Shown here: in pieces, positions 55,357 to 64,000 of the stretch
Position numbering within the stretch: the stretch's first letter is position 1
Layout: each line of letters starts with the position of its first letter
Assembly (NCBI GenBank): GCA_963821935.1
Contig: CAWGFM010000005.1
Coordinates: 453,129-517,128 of the forward strand
Source: an uncultured Actinomycetes bacterium
GTDB taxonomy: Bacteria; Actinomycetota; UBA4738; HRBIN12
Length of the DNA: 64,000 bases
Direction: 5' to 3'
Notes under the pieces: generated by a model
Seen by the model: only the letters and a program-made list of their open reading frames with translations
Told to the model about the DNA's origin: nothing
Databases searched by the model: none
Made by a program: the position numbers and the translations under genes

Positions 55357-56267
55357 AGATCGTGTCCTTGTTGCCGTCGGCCACCGAGATCGTCTACGCG
55401 CTCGGCCTCGGGGATGCACTGGTGGGTGTCACCGACGAGTGCGACTTCCCCGCAGATGCCGTGACCAAGCCGGTGGTGTCGCGCAGCGCCCTGCCGCAGG
55501 GCCGTCCGCTGGCCTCGCGCGAGATCGACTCGGCCGTTCGCGAGCGGATGCAGGCGGAGCAGCCGCTCTATGTGCTCGACACCGATCTGCTCCGCCGGGA
55601 GCAACCCGACGTGATCCTCACCCAGGACCTGTGCCGCGTGTGCGCGGTTCCCACGGGGCACGTCGAGGAGGCGCTGCAACGACTGGGTGTGGCCGATGAC
55701 ACGAAGGTGGTCTCGCTCGACCCCAGCACGCTGGACGACGTGATCGCCCAGCTCGAGATCGTCGGCTCCATGCTCGGAGCCGAGGAGCGTGGCCGCGAGC
55801 TCGCCGGCAGTCTGCGCGATCGCGTGACCACGGTCACCCAGAAGGCGGCGCGCCTCCCATCGGTGAGCGTGTTCTGCCTCGACTGGGCCGAGCCGCCGTT
55901 CGTCGCCGGCCACTGGATCCCCCAGATGGTCGAAGCCGTGGGAGCGATCAACCTCCTCAACGTCAAGGGCGAGCCTTCGCGGACCGTCACGCACCGCGAG
56001 ATCCGAGACGCCACGCCCGAGGTGCTGGTCTTCATGCCGTGCGGCTACTACCTGGAGGAGGCCGAAGAGGAAGGCGCGCAGCTCGTGGCCCATCCCGAGA
56101 TCGCCGATACGCCGGCGGCGCGCAACGGCAACGTCTTCGCGGTCGACGCCACGTCGTTCTTCTCACGGCCGGGCCCCCGGATCGTGGACGGGCTCGAGAT
56201 CTTGGCCTGGGCCGCTCATCCGGAGGCCTACCCGCAACCGCCTGACGGCACCATCGCCCGGCTGTAG
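55353..56267 (+). CDS. Periplasmic-binding-protein class 8 (BtuF/FecB-like, cobalamin/iron-siderophore-binding fold) protein WITHOUT signal peptide, translationally coupled to E2
   Basis: [33 protein letters not shown] resembles the mature N-terminus of BtuF-like SBPs. The ATG overlaps the E2 stop (ATGA). RBS GGAGGA present. Confidence 0.7.
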   Translation: [304 protein letters not shown]

Positions 56268-56409
56268 AGCGCCCGACGCGACCCGCCGTCTCGTGCCCGA
56301 ACCTATGCATGAATCCGCGCGGTCGATCCGGTGCCGTGACCTGGCCTAACCCGTATCACCAAGGCCGGGTCGAGGGGATCCGGCCGAAAGGCAACAGGGA
56401 GGGATAGCC

Positions 56410-57117
56410 ATGCGCAGAACGCGTACGGCAACTCGGGCGGTGATCGTCGCATTCCTGGCGATCGGCCTCATGGCCACCACCGCCGTCGCAGGCCAGCGAA
56501 GCCAGTCGCAGGTCAAGAAGCATCAGCCGGCGAAGGTCACGCTGGTCCATGGGATCGACGGCAAGCACGATTTCCCCGTCGACATCTCGTTGTGGCGGCT
56601 GGGTGGCAAGATCACTCGGTTCGAAGACGTCACCTACGGCACGGTCGCCGGTCCGATCGACGTCAAGCCCGGCATCTATCGGGTCTCGGTCCGCGCAGCC
56701 GGTTCGCCGATCTACTCCAAGCCGCTGCTCAAGCGGTGGGTGTGGTTGTGGCCCGGCACGAACAAGTCGGTGGTAGCGCATCTGCGTTCGAACGGTTCGC
56801 CGACGCTGTCGGCCTACCGTAACGACGTTAGCAACTCTCACCCGGGGGCTCGCGTGACGGTCCGTCACAACGCCGCGGTGGGACCGGTGAACGTCTATGC
56901 CGACGGCACGAAGGTGATCAACCGCCTCAAGAACCCTCATGAGGCGGTCCTGGACATCCCGGACACCACCTTGAACATCGAGGTGCAGGTGGCAGGCGGA
57001 CCGACGGTGTTCGATGCCGATGTCTCGTTCGCGGAGGACACCAACACGATCATCTACGCGACCCTGGACGCACAGGGGAACTTCAACCCGCTGCTGCAGG
57101 TGTTGCCGACGGCCTGA
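56410..57117 (+). CDS. Secreted protein (DUF4397-like)
   Basis: Signal peptide MRRTRTATRAVIVAFLAIGLMATTAVAG. Followed by a hairpin terminator at 57141-57170. Confidence 0.55.
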   Translation: MRRTRTATRAVIVAFLAIGLMATTAVAGQRSQSQVKKHQPAKVTLVHGIDGKHDFPVDISLWRLGGKITRFEDVTYGTVAGPIDVKPGIYRVSVRAAGSPIYSKPLLKRWVWLWPGTNKSVVAHLRSNGSPTLSAYRNDVSNSHPGARVTVRHNAAVGPVNVYADGTKVINRLKNPHEAVLDIPDTTLNIEVQVAGGPTVFDADVSFAEDTNTIIYATLDAQGNFNPLLQVLPTA

Positions 57118-57140
57118 CCAGGCCATCACGCGAGTCGAAC

Positions 57141-57170
57141 GGAGAGCCGGCCGCCTCGCGCGGCCGGCTC
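57141..57170 (+). terminator. Hairpin GAGCCGGCCGC-ctcgc-GCGGCCGGCTC downstream of the DUF4397 gene
   Basis: 11-bp perfect GC stem. Confidence 0.55.
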
Positions 57171-57223
57171 TCCTCGTCTCGAGCCCCGATCCGCTCGGGT
57201 TGACCCGGTAGGATGGAGACCTC

Positions 57224-58639
57224 GTGGGGGCCGAATCACCGAAGGACGAGTGCGGGCTCTTCGGCGTCTGGGCACCGGGTGACGACGTCGCTCGGCTCAC
57301 CTACTTCGGGTTGTTCGCCCAGCAGCACCGGGGGCAGGAATCCGCCGGGATCGCCGTCAGCGACGACCACACGATCCTGGTCTACAAGGACCTCGGGCTG
57401 GTCAGCCAGGTCTTCAACGAGGCGACCCTCACCACCCTGCACGGCGACCTGGCGATCGGCCACACGCGCTACTCCACCACCGGATCGACCACGTGGGACA
57501 ACGCGCAGCCGGTGTTCAAGACCGACGGCATCCACGCGCTGGCCCTCGGCCACAACGGCAACCTGGTCAACACCTCCGATCTGGCGGAGCGCGTGGGCAA
57601 AGCCGGCGCCGCGACGACCGATTCCGACCTGGTCACCACGCTCCTGGCCAACGAGATGACCGTGACCGGCGGCCTCGAGCCGGCGGCCATGGGGGTGCTC
57701 CCGACGCTTCGCGGGGCGTACTGCTTCGTGATGATGGACGAGCGCAGCGTGTACGCAGCCCGCGACCCCTACGGGGTGCGCCCGCTCTCGATCGGCCGAC
57801 TGCCGAACGGGTTCGTCGTGGCGTCGGAAACGTGCGCGCTGGACATCGTCGGGGCGGTCTTCCTGCGCGACGTCGAGCCCGGCGAGCTGGTCCGGTTCGA
57901 CGACCGGGGGCTGCACTCGGTGCGATTCGCCGAGTCGCCGCGGCGCGCACTGTGCGTCTTCGAATCCGTCTACCTCGCCCGTCCCGACTCACGGCTGGGA
58001 GGCACAAGCGTGCACGAATCCCGTCGCGAGATGGGGCGCATCCTGGCGCGCGAACACCGCGTCGAGGCGGACATGGTGATCGCGGTGCCCACGACCGGGC
58101 ACAGCGCGGCGCAGGGCTACAGCGAGGTCAGCGGCCTGCCGTACGGCGACGGCCTCTACAAGAACAACTACGTGGGACGCACGTTCATCCAGCCGTCCCA
58201 GGCGCTGCGTGATCGCGGCGTCAAGCTGAAGCTCAACCCGCTCCCCGACTCGATCCGCGGCAAGCGATTGGTGGTGATCGACGACTCCATCGTGCGCGGC
58301 ACCACGACGAAGCAGGTCGTGGCGGCGCTGCGCGAATCCGGTGCCACCGAGGTGCACCTGCGCATCACCTGCCCGCCGCTGAAGTGGCCGTGCTTCTACG
58401 GCATCGACATGCCCACGCGACAGGAACTGATCGGCGCCGATCTCACGGTGGAGGAGATCCAGGCATACGTCGGGGCCGACTCGCTGGGCTACCTGTCACT
58501 CGAGGGCATGGTCCAGGCCGCCGGCGGTGAGCAGGACACGTTCTGCCGGGCGTGCTTCGACGGGGAGTATCCGATCCCCATCCCCGATGCGGCGGGCAAG
58601 TTCGTGCTGGAGGATCAACTCCGGCTTCCCACGTCGTGA
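57224..58639 (+). CDS. purF: Amidophosphoribosyltransferase
   Basis: N-terminal nucleophile ECGLFGVW (class II GATase). PRTase motif GKRLVVIDDSIVRGTT. Confidence 0.9.
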   Translation: MGAESPKDECGLFGVWAPGDDVARLTYFGLFAQQHRGQESAGIAVSDDHTILVYKDLGLVSQVFNEATLTTLHGDLAIGHTRYSTTGSTTWDNAQPVFKTDGIHALALGHNGNLVNTSDLAERVGKAGAATTDSDLVTTLLANEMTVTGGLEPAAMGVLPTLRGAYCFVMMDERSVYAARDPYGVRPLSIGRLPNGFVVASETCALDIVGAVFLRDVEPGELVRFDDRGLHSVRFAESPRRALCVFESVYLARPDSRLGGTSVHESRREMGRILAREHRVEADMVIAVPTTGHSAAQGYSEVSGLPYGDGLYKNNYVGRTFIQPSQALRDRGVKLKLNPLPDSIRGKRLVVIDDSIVRGTTTKQVVAALRESGATEVHLRITCPPLKWPCFYGIDMPTRQELIGADLTVEEIQAYVGADSLGYLSLEGMVQAAGGEQDTFCRACFDGEYPIPIPDAAGKFVLEDQLRLPTS

Positions 58640-59649
58640 CGTCCTACCGCGACGCCGGCGTCGACCTCGAGGCCGCCGCGAAGGCGGTGACGCTGATCAG
58701 CGATCTCGCCGCCCGGACCCGACGGCCGGAGGTCGCCGACGGGCTCGGTGGCTTCGCGGGCTTGTTCCGGATCGGACACGATCAGCTGCTGTCGGCGGCC
58801 ACCGACGGCGTCGGCACCAAGCTCGACATCGCCCGCATGACGGGTCGTCTGGACACCGTCGGCATCGATCTGGTCGCCATGTGCGCCGACGACGTCGTGT
58901 GCACCGGAGCGGAGCCGCTCTTCTTCCTCGACTACCTGGCGGTCGGCTCGGTCGTGCCCGAACGGGTCGCCGCGCTCGTCGAAGGCGTGGCCGAAGGGTG
59001 CCGCCGCGCGGGATGCGCGTTGCTGGGCGGCGAGACCGCCGAGCACCCGGGCATCATGCCCGAGGACCAGTTCGACATGGCGGGGTTCTGCGTGGGTCTC
59101 GTGAACGAGGCAGACCTGCTCGGACCGCACCGCGTGCACGAGGGCGACGTGCTGATCGGGCTCACGTCGACGGGCTTGCATGCCAACGGCTACTCGCTGG
59201 TGCGCTCGGCGCTGCTCCCCGGGTTCGACCTTGCCGAGACGCCCGACGGACTGTCGCGCCCACTGGGGGACGAGCTCCTCGAGCCGTGCAGGATCGATGC
59301 GCCCATCGTCATGGAACTGAGCCGGGACGGACTGGTGCACGCCGCCGCGCACATCACCGGCGGCGGCTTCTTCGAGAACATCCCGCGCGCGCTGCCGCCG
59401 GGCCTTGGGGCCACCGTCGAGCGCGGTGCCTGGCCCGAGCCCGCGATCTTCTCGCTCGTACAGAGGGCAGCGGGGGCATCCGATGACGAGATGTTCTCCA
59501 CGTTCAACATGGGGATCGGCATGGTGCTGGTTGTCGATCCCCAACATGCACAGGAAGTGATGCACCGCAACGATGAACGGGCTTTTCGGGTCGGCACGGT
59601 CACCCCTGGCTCGGGCGTGCGGATCTCGAGTGCCACTGGCCACCCGTGA
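58636..59649 (+). CDS. purM: Phosphoribosylformylglycinamidine cyclo-ligase (AIR synthetase)
   Basis: PurM family (GLGGFAGLF, ATDGVGTK). GTGA overlap with purF. Confidence 0.9.
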   Translation: MTSYRDAGVDLEAAAKAVTLISDLAARTRRPEVADGLGGFAGLFRIGHDQLLSAATDGVGTKLDIARMTGRLDTVGIDLVAMCADDVVCTGAEPLFFLDYLAVGSVVPERVAALVEGVAEGCRRAGCALLGGETAEHPGIMPEDQFDMAGFCVGLVNEADLLGPHRVHEGDVLIGLTSTGLHANGYSLVRSALLPGFDLAETPDGLSRPLGDELLEPCRIDAPIVMELSRDGLVHAAAHITGGGFFENIPRALPPGLGATVERGAWPEPAIFSLVQRAAGASDDEMFSTFNMGIGMVLVVDPQHAQEVMHRNDERAFRVGTVTPGSGVRISSATGHP

Positions 59650-59771
59650 CTAGTCCCATTCCCCGCGATACCCACGACCAACGGCCATCGACCCAGTCCG
59701 AAGTCGGCATCCAGAATTCCCCGCGCGACCGATTCAGTCCTCTCGGTGTCAGGCCGTAACCTCCGGTAACG

Positions 59772-60161
59772 ATGGAAAACGGCACCACGCCCGCTAGCAG
59801 CGTCCTCGTCGTCGACGACGAGCCCCAGGTCGTCTGGGTGCTCCAGTTCAGCCTGGAGGCGGAGGGCTACACGACCTTCGCCGCGAACAACGGCATCGAC
59901 GCCATGGCCGAGATCGCGCTCCACAGTCCCGACCTGATGGTGCTCGACATCATGATGCCCACCATGGACGGCTGGGCGGTGCTGGAGGCCATGACCGAAC
60001 TCCCCCGTGAACAGCGACCTCGAGTCGTGATCGTGTCGGCGCTCGCCACGCTCAGCGACCGCGCGAAGGCCGCCGAACTCGGCGCCGACGCCTACGTGCC
60101 CAAGCCGTTCAACGTGGAAGACCTCCTCGAGGTGCTCCAAGACCTCGAGCAAGCCAGCTGA
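59772..60161 (+). CDS. Single-domain (CheY-like) response regulator receiver protein
   Basis: VLVVDDE...DLMVLDIMMPTMDG...KPF receiver motifs. 129 aa with no output domain. Confidence 0.8.
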   Translation: MENGTTPASSVLVVDDEPQVVWVLQFSLEAEGYTTFAANNGIDAMAEIALHSPDLMVLDIMMPTMDGWAVLEAMTELPREQRPRVVIVSALATLSDRAKAAELGADAYVPKPFNVEDLLEVLQDLEQAS

Positions 60162-60174
60162 TACCGACCACCCA

Positions 60175-60573
60175 CTAGTGGTCGAAGCGCTGGTGCTCCT
60201 TCGGGACCACCGTGGTGCCCACCGCCGTGCAGGTGAGGACCGGCTCGTCGAGGAACTCCGCTGCGCTGTCGCTGATATCGGTCCGAGCGGCACCGACCTT
60301 GTAGACCTCGAACTCGCACCGTCTGCTGGAAGCGCCCACGCTCACGATCCGTCCTCGCGCCTCGATCCAGTCGCCCGCGTACAGCGGCGCCAGGAACTCG
60401 ACCGACTCGTACGCGCGGAACAACCCCTCGTCGCCGTCGTAGCGCATCGCCAGCTCGGTGATGAGATCGCCGATCACCTTCAGTTGCGTGGCGCCAGCCA
60501 CCAGGTTGCCACCGTAGTGGGCATCCTCCTGCCCCAACCGGAATCGGATCGACGCGGTCGGCAGGTCGGACAT
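60175..60573 (-). CDS. Hotdog-fold protein (3-aminobutyryl-CoA ammonia-lyase/thioesterase-like)
   Basis: 132 aa. Start trimmed to [11 protein letters not shown]. Confidence 0.45.
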   Translation of the reverse strand: MSDLPTASIRFRLGQEDAHYGGNLVAGATQLKVIGDLITELAMRYDGDEGLFRAYESVEFLAPLYAGDWIEARGRIVSVGASSRRCEFEVYKVGAARTDISDSAAEFLDEPVLTCTAVGTTVVPKEHQRFDH

Positions 60574-60592
60574 GACGAGCCTCCTGGACGGA

Positions 60593-60850
60593 TCAGGTGA
60601 TGTACGGGCTCTGTGGCGCGGGGCGAGCGCCTGCGGGCGGCGCATCGGGGATGACCTTGCCGTGGTTGACGCCGCGAGCCGGGACCCGGACCTCGGTGCC
60701 GTCCTTCGTGCGCACGAAGTAGGTCTGGGCATCGTCGTCCCATCGCTCGAAGATCCCAACCGCCTCACTGATGTACCCGTTGGGCAGCTCGAACTGGAAC
60801 GTGACCCGCTTGCCCAGATCGGCGGCGGTGACCAGGTTCTGACCCTTCAT
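60593..60850 (-). CDS. Hypothetical protein (85 aa)
   Basis: ORF in the operon with the flanking minus-strand genes. Confidence 0.4.
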   Translation of the reverse strand: MKGQNLVTAADLGKRVTFQFELPNGYISEAVGIFERWDDDAQTYFVRTKDGTEVRVPARGVNHGKVIPDAPPAGARPAPQSPYIT

Positions 60851-61680
60851 GGCGGCGGAATCCTACTCGACGTCGCCCCGCCCGGGGGAACGGCGAGCGG
60901 CGTCGGTGGCAAGCGAAGCACGGACTCCGCGGCCAGCCGGAACAACGTCTCGCGTCCGGAGGTGTGCTGATCCCACGCCCGCTGGTCCCAGGCTTCACCC
61001 GACAGGTCATCGCCCGCGTACAACAGCTGGCCGAACGAGACGCCTCGGAAGGCCGCCACCGCGAAGAACGCCGCGGCTTCCATCTCGACGGTGAGACAGC
61101 CCTCGTGCACACGGCGGGCCACCTTGTCGCGCGTCTCCCGGTAGAGGGCGTCGGTCGTCCACGTCGTGCCCGTGACGTACGGGACGCGATGCTCGGTCAA
61201 CGTCTCCTCGATCGCGGCGACCGCCGGCGACGACGGGTGGGAATGCCGTCCCGCCTCCAGGTAGTGGTAGGACGTCCCCTCATCGCGGATCGCCGAGGTC
61301 GGCACGATGACATGGCCCAGCGCGACATCGGGCACCAGGACGCCGGCGCCGCCGCACGCAACGAACGCCCGGCATCCCCGCGCGATGAGCTCCTCCAGGA
61401 AGCCCGCCGCCAGCGGTGCGCCCACCCCTGGATGCACCACCGTGAGCCGTTGCCCGGCCAGGACGACCTCGTAGATCGGGTTGCGACCGATCTCGCTCAC
61501 CACGTGATCGACCACGCGACCGTCCAACTCGTCCACGACGGTCGCGATGACGTCCTGGAAGAAGCACAGGACGGCGTGGGGCGCGACGTCGATCGGTTCG
61601 ATGACCTCGCCGGGCTCGATCACCGCCGTGGGCGACGGGTCGAACTCCAGGATCGGAGGTCCGTCGTCGTTGGACCTCAC
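60847..61680 (-). CDS. Nucleoside phosphorylase (PNP/UDP phosphorylase family)
   Basis: PNP_UDP_1-type core (VVHPGVGAPLAA, EMEAAAFFAVA). GTG start overlaps the EamA stop (GTGA). Confidence 0.7.
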   Translation of the reverse strand: MRSNDDGPPILEFDPSPTAVIEPGEVIEPIDVAPHAVLCFFQDVIATVVDELDGRVVDHVVSEIGRNPIYEVVLAGQRLTVVHPGVGAPLAAGFLEELIARGCRAFVACGGAGVLVPDVALGHVIVPTSAIRDEGTSYHYLEAGRHSHPSSPAVAAIEETLTEHRVPYVTGTTWTTDALYRETRDKVARRVHEGCLTVEMEAAAFFAVAAFRGVSFGQLLYAGDDLSGEAWDQRAWDQHTSGRETLFRLAAESVLRLPPTPLAVPPGGATSSRIPPP

Positions 61681-62615
61681 GCCGCGGTGTCCTTGCGAGA
61701 TGCCAGCACCGCACCGGCGATCACCAGGCCGATCCCCAACAGCGAGAGCGCCCGGACCTTCTCGTCCAGGAAGACGGCACCCAGCAGGACCGCCACCACC
61801 GGGACCAGGTAGATCGCGAACGACGCGCGCGAGGACCCCACCCTGGACACGAGCCGGCCCATGATCACGAACGCGATGCCGGTGCCCACGGCTCCCAGCG
61901 CCATCATGGCCGCGAACGGTCCCCAGGCGAAGGAGGAGCCGGCCGCGCCCACAGCGCCGAACGGGGCCGTCCAGATCGCAGCCAGGCCCAGCATGCGTGC
62001 CATGACCGGCAGCGCTCCGTACCGCTGGGTGAGGGGAGCGGAGATGTTGATGGCGAACCCGTAGCAGATGACCGCCACCAGCAGCAGCACCACGCCCAGG
62101 GCCTCGGTGGAGCCCGCCGTGAGCGAGGGTGCCGCGATCGCGGTCACTCCCGCGAACCCCACAGCCAGGCCCATCGCTTGCGCCCGGCCCGGTGCTCGCC
62201 GGAGCATCAGGGAACCGATCGCGGTCGCGAAGATGGGCAGGGCGCCGTTCAGCAGGCCGGTCAGCCCCGACGTGATCCACTGCTGCGCCAGCGGGAACAG
62301 GGTGAACGGGATGGCGACCCACAGGACCGAGATCGCCACGAGACGGGCGCGATCGTCCCGCGCGACCGGTGCCCGGGCCGCGGGCACCAGCCACAGCACC
62401 GCGGCGCCGAATGCGATGCGGAGCCATGTGATCAAGCCGGGCTCGAAGACCTCCAGACCGAGCTCGATGAACAGGAACGACGACCCCCAGATCATGCCGA
62501 TGCCGGCGAACAACGCCCAATCGAGCGGCGTGAACGCTCCGCCGTGCGTGCCCACGCTGGTCGACAGGACACTGCGCCGCACCGGCGTACCCGCGCGCTG
62601 CGAGGAAGCGCTCAC
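61677..62615 (-). CDS. EamA/DMT-family transporter
   Basis: Ten TM helices with two EamA repeats. GTG start overlaps the ogt stop (GTGA). Confidence 0.7.
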   Translation of the reverse strand: MSASSQRAGTPVRRSVLSTSVGTHGGAFTPLDWALFAGIGMIWGSSFLFIELGLEVFEPGLITWLRIAFGAAVLWLVPAARAPVARDDRARLVAISVLWVAIPFTLFPLAQQWITSGLTGLLNGALPIFATAIGSLMLRRAPGRAQAMGLAVGFAGVTAIAAPSLTAGSTEALGVVLLLVAVICYGFAINISAPLTQRYGALPVMARMLGLAAIWTAPFGAVGAAGSSFAWGPFAAMMALGAVGTGIAFVIMGRLVSRVGSSRASFAIYLVPVVAVLLGAVFLDEKVRALSLLGIGLVIAGAVLASRKDTAA

Positions 62616-63223
62616 AGCAGCGAACCCTCGAGGCGGAGCAGGATTTCCTTGCGTTCCAGACCACCGGCGTAGCCGGTGAGGGTGCCGCTCGCCCCCACCA
62701 CGCGGTGACACGGGATCACGATCGGGATGGGGTTGGAGCCCAGCGCCCGGCCCACGGCGCGGGCCGCCGTGGGCCGGTCGATGCGGGCGGCGATCTGGCC
62801 ATAGGTCGCGAGCCGGCCGAACCCAACCCGGCGCGTCGCCTTCAAGACATCCCAAGCGAACGGCCCGATCAAGCGCCGGTCGATCGGCAGCTCGAACCGC
62901 TCACGCGTCCGGCCGAAGTACTGCTCCAGCTCTCGGCGAGCCTCGTCGGTCGGGGCGGCCGCCAGCATCACGCGGGGTGACAGCTCACGAGCCCACCGCT
63001 CGATCGCCGCGTCGTGGTCTTCATCCTGGAAGGAGATGGCGGCGAGACCACGAGGTGTGACCGCCACCGTGAGCTCGCCGATCGGGGAATCCATGGTGGC
63101 GACGGCCACGTCGACGAGCCCCTCGGCCACGGCCACGTCGGCGAACCCGGTGGCGGCGTGACGGGCCGTGCGATCGGCGACGGCGCTGGGCGCCAGCCGC
63201 TTCAAGTCCCTGTGCAGCGTCAT
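62612..63223 (-). CDS. ogt: Methylated-DNA--protein-cysteine methyltransferase
   Basis: Active site IPCHRVV. N-terminal Ada-like domain. Confidence 0.85.
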   Translation of the reverse strand: MTLHRDLKRLAPSAVADRTARHAATGFADVAVAEGLVDVAVATMDSPIGELTVAVTPRGLAAISFQDEDHDAAIERWARELSPRVMLAAAPTDEARRELEQYFGRTRERFELPIDRRLIGPFAWDVLKATRRVGFGRLATYGQIAARIDRPTAARAVGRALGSNPIPIVIPCHRVVGASGTLTGYAGGLERKEILLRLEGSLL

Positions 63224-63684
63224 GTCATCAACTCCCTGAGTCGTTTCGTTCCCTGGTACACGTTTGCCCGAGCCGCCTGCTCGGTGCTGTCCATCATCTC
63301 GGCGATCTCAGCGTAGGACCGATCGAGCACGTGGCGATGCACCACCGCCACCCGCTGACGAGCCGGCAGGGCACGCACCGCCGTCCACATCGGATCGTCG
63401 CGATCCACCGGCTCGTGGTCCTCGATCGCCCGTTCGGGCACCTGGGCCACAGGTATCGCGCGGCGCCCGCGGGCCCGATGATGATCGAGGGCCTTCCGGG
63501 ACGCGATCGTCAGGACCCATCGATCCAGCTTGGACCCGTCCGTGAGCTTCGGGTACGCACGCAGGGCCGCCAGGAACGTCTCCTGGAACGCATCGTCAGC
63601 GTCCTGGGGCCCCACGGCAACCGTCAGGAACCGGTAGACGGTGCTGCGGTGCGCATCCAAGAAGGTCTGGAACGGTGGTAGCAC
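63220..63684 (-). CDS. ECF (sigma-70 family group IV) RNA polymerase sigma factor
   Basis: Region 2 ([15 protein letters not shown]) and region 4 ([46 protein letters not shown]). ATGA overlap with ogt. Confidence 0.8.
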   Translation of the reverse strand: MLPPFQTFLDAHRSTVYRFLTVAVGPQDADDAFQETFLAALRAYPKLTDGSKLDRWVLTIASRKALDHHRARGRRAIPVAQVPERAIEDHEPVDRDDPMWTAVRALPARQRVAVVHRHVLDRSYAEIAEMMDSTEQAARANVYQGTKRLRELMT

Positions 63685-63755
63685 CTTCTCCCCTTTCGAT
63701 CACCTACTGAAGGGAACAACGACGGACGCCGCGTCCGCGTGAAAGCGGGCGCTCA

Positions 63756-64000
63756 CGAGAGGCCGAGCAGAGCGGGGATGCGTCGGTGATCGTCCGTGAC
63801 GTGGTCGGCCTCGGACGCTCCCTCCGCCCGCACGTCCCGGAACGCGGTGTAGCGGATCGTCGTCATGCCCAGGGCGCGAGCCCCGGCCACGTCCGTCCTC
63901 GGATTGTCCCCCACATGGGCGGCCCGCGACGGGTCGTCGACCCCGAGGGCATGCAGGGTGGGAAGGAACGCGTCGGCCGCCGGTTTGAACCAGCCAGACT
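63756..64000 (-). CDS. HAD-family hydrolase, C-terminal fragment (gene continues beyond the window)
   Basis: Motif III HVGDNPRTDVAGARALGMTTI. Confidence 0.5.

Overview
High-GC (~70%) chromosomal segment from an actinobacterium. Markers are mycothiol mshA, a GlnR-type orphan regulator, MscL and the glnA-glnE-glnA2 set. About 75 genes fill the window, mostly core metabolism: mycothiol and asparaginase, sulfate assimilation (a single-polypeptide ATP sulfurylase divergent from cysH), nitrogen assimilation (glnR, glnA, glnE, glnA2 with candidate GlnR boxes), nadE, a 2-oxoacid dehydrogenase E1alpha/E1beta/E2 operon, purF-purM, dinB, mscL, and four tRNAs (Lys, Glu, Asp, Phe). Six accessory signals stand out. 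(1) A ~1.9-kb low-GC islet (16.9-18.8 kb) encodes a 457-aa protein with a C-terminal Mrr/PD-(D/E)xK nuclease core carrying a D-x20-Q-x-K motif; this points to an MspJI-family modification-dependent (Type IV) restriction enzyme, next to a small orphan ORF. (2) A ~10.7-kb sugar-utilisation block (GH13, GH1, LacI, MsiK-like ATPase, SBP, two permeases) begins right after an intact tRNA-Lys and ends at a degenerate ~39-nt copy of the tRNA-Lys 3' half. That remnant sits beside tRNA-Glu/tRNA-Asp, so the block reads as an old tRNA-targeted island that split an ancestral Lys-Glu-Asp tRNA cluster; no integrase survives. (3) A c-di-GMP pair: an RsiG-like coiled-coil protein immediately upstream of a canonical HD-GYP phosphodiesterase. 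(4) A 1285-aa protein with two tandem class III cyclase domains arranged like a eukaryotic C1/C2 pseudo-heterodimer, fused to a STAND ATPase and TPR repeats. (5) A family of GC hairpins with CUUG tetraloops downstream of at least five genes. (6) Several AT-rich palindromic operators that are conspicuous against the high-GC background. No CRISPR array, no transposase and no rRNA were found. Many long reverse-strand and off-frame ORFs in the six-frame track are high-GC shadow ORFs and were discarded.
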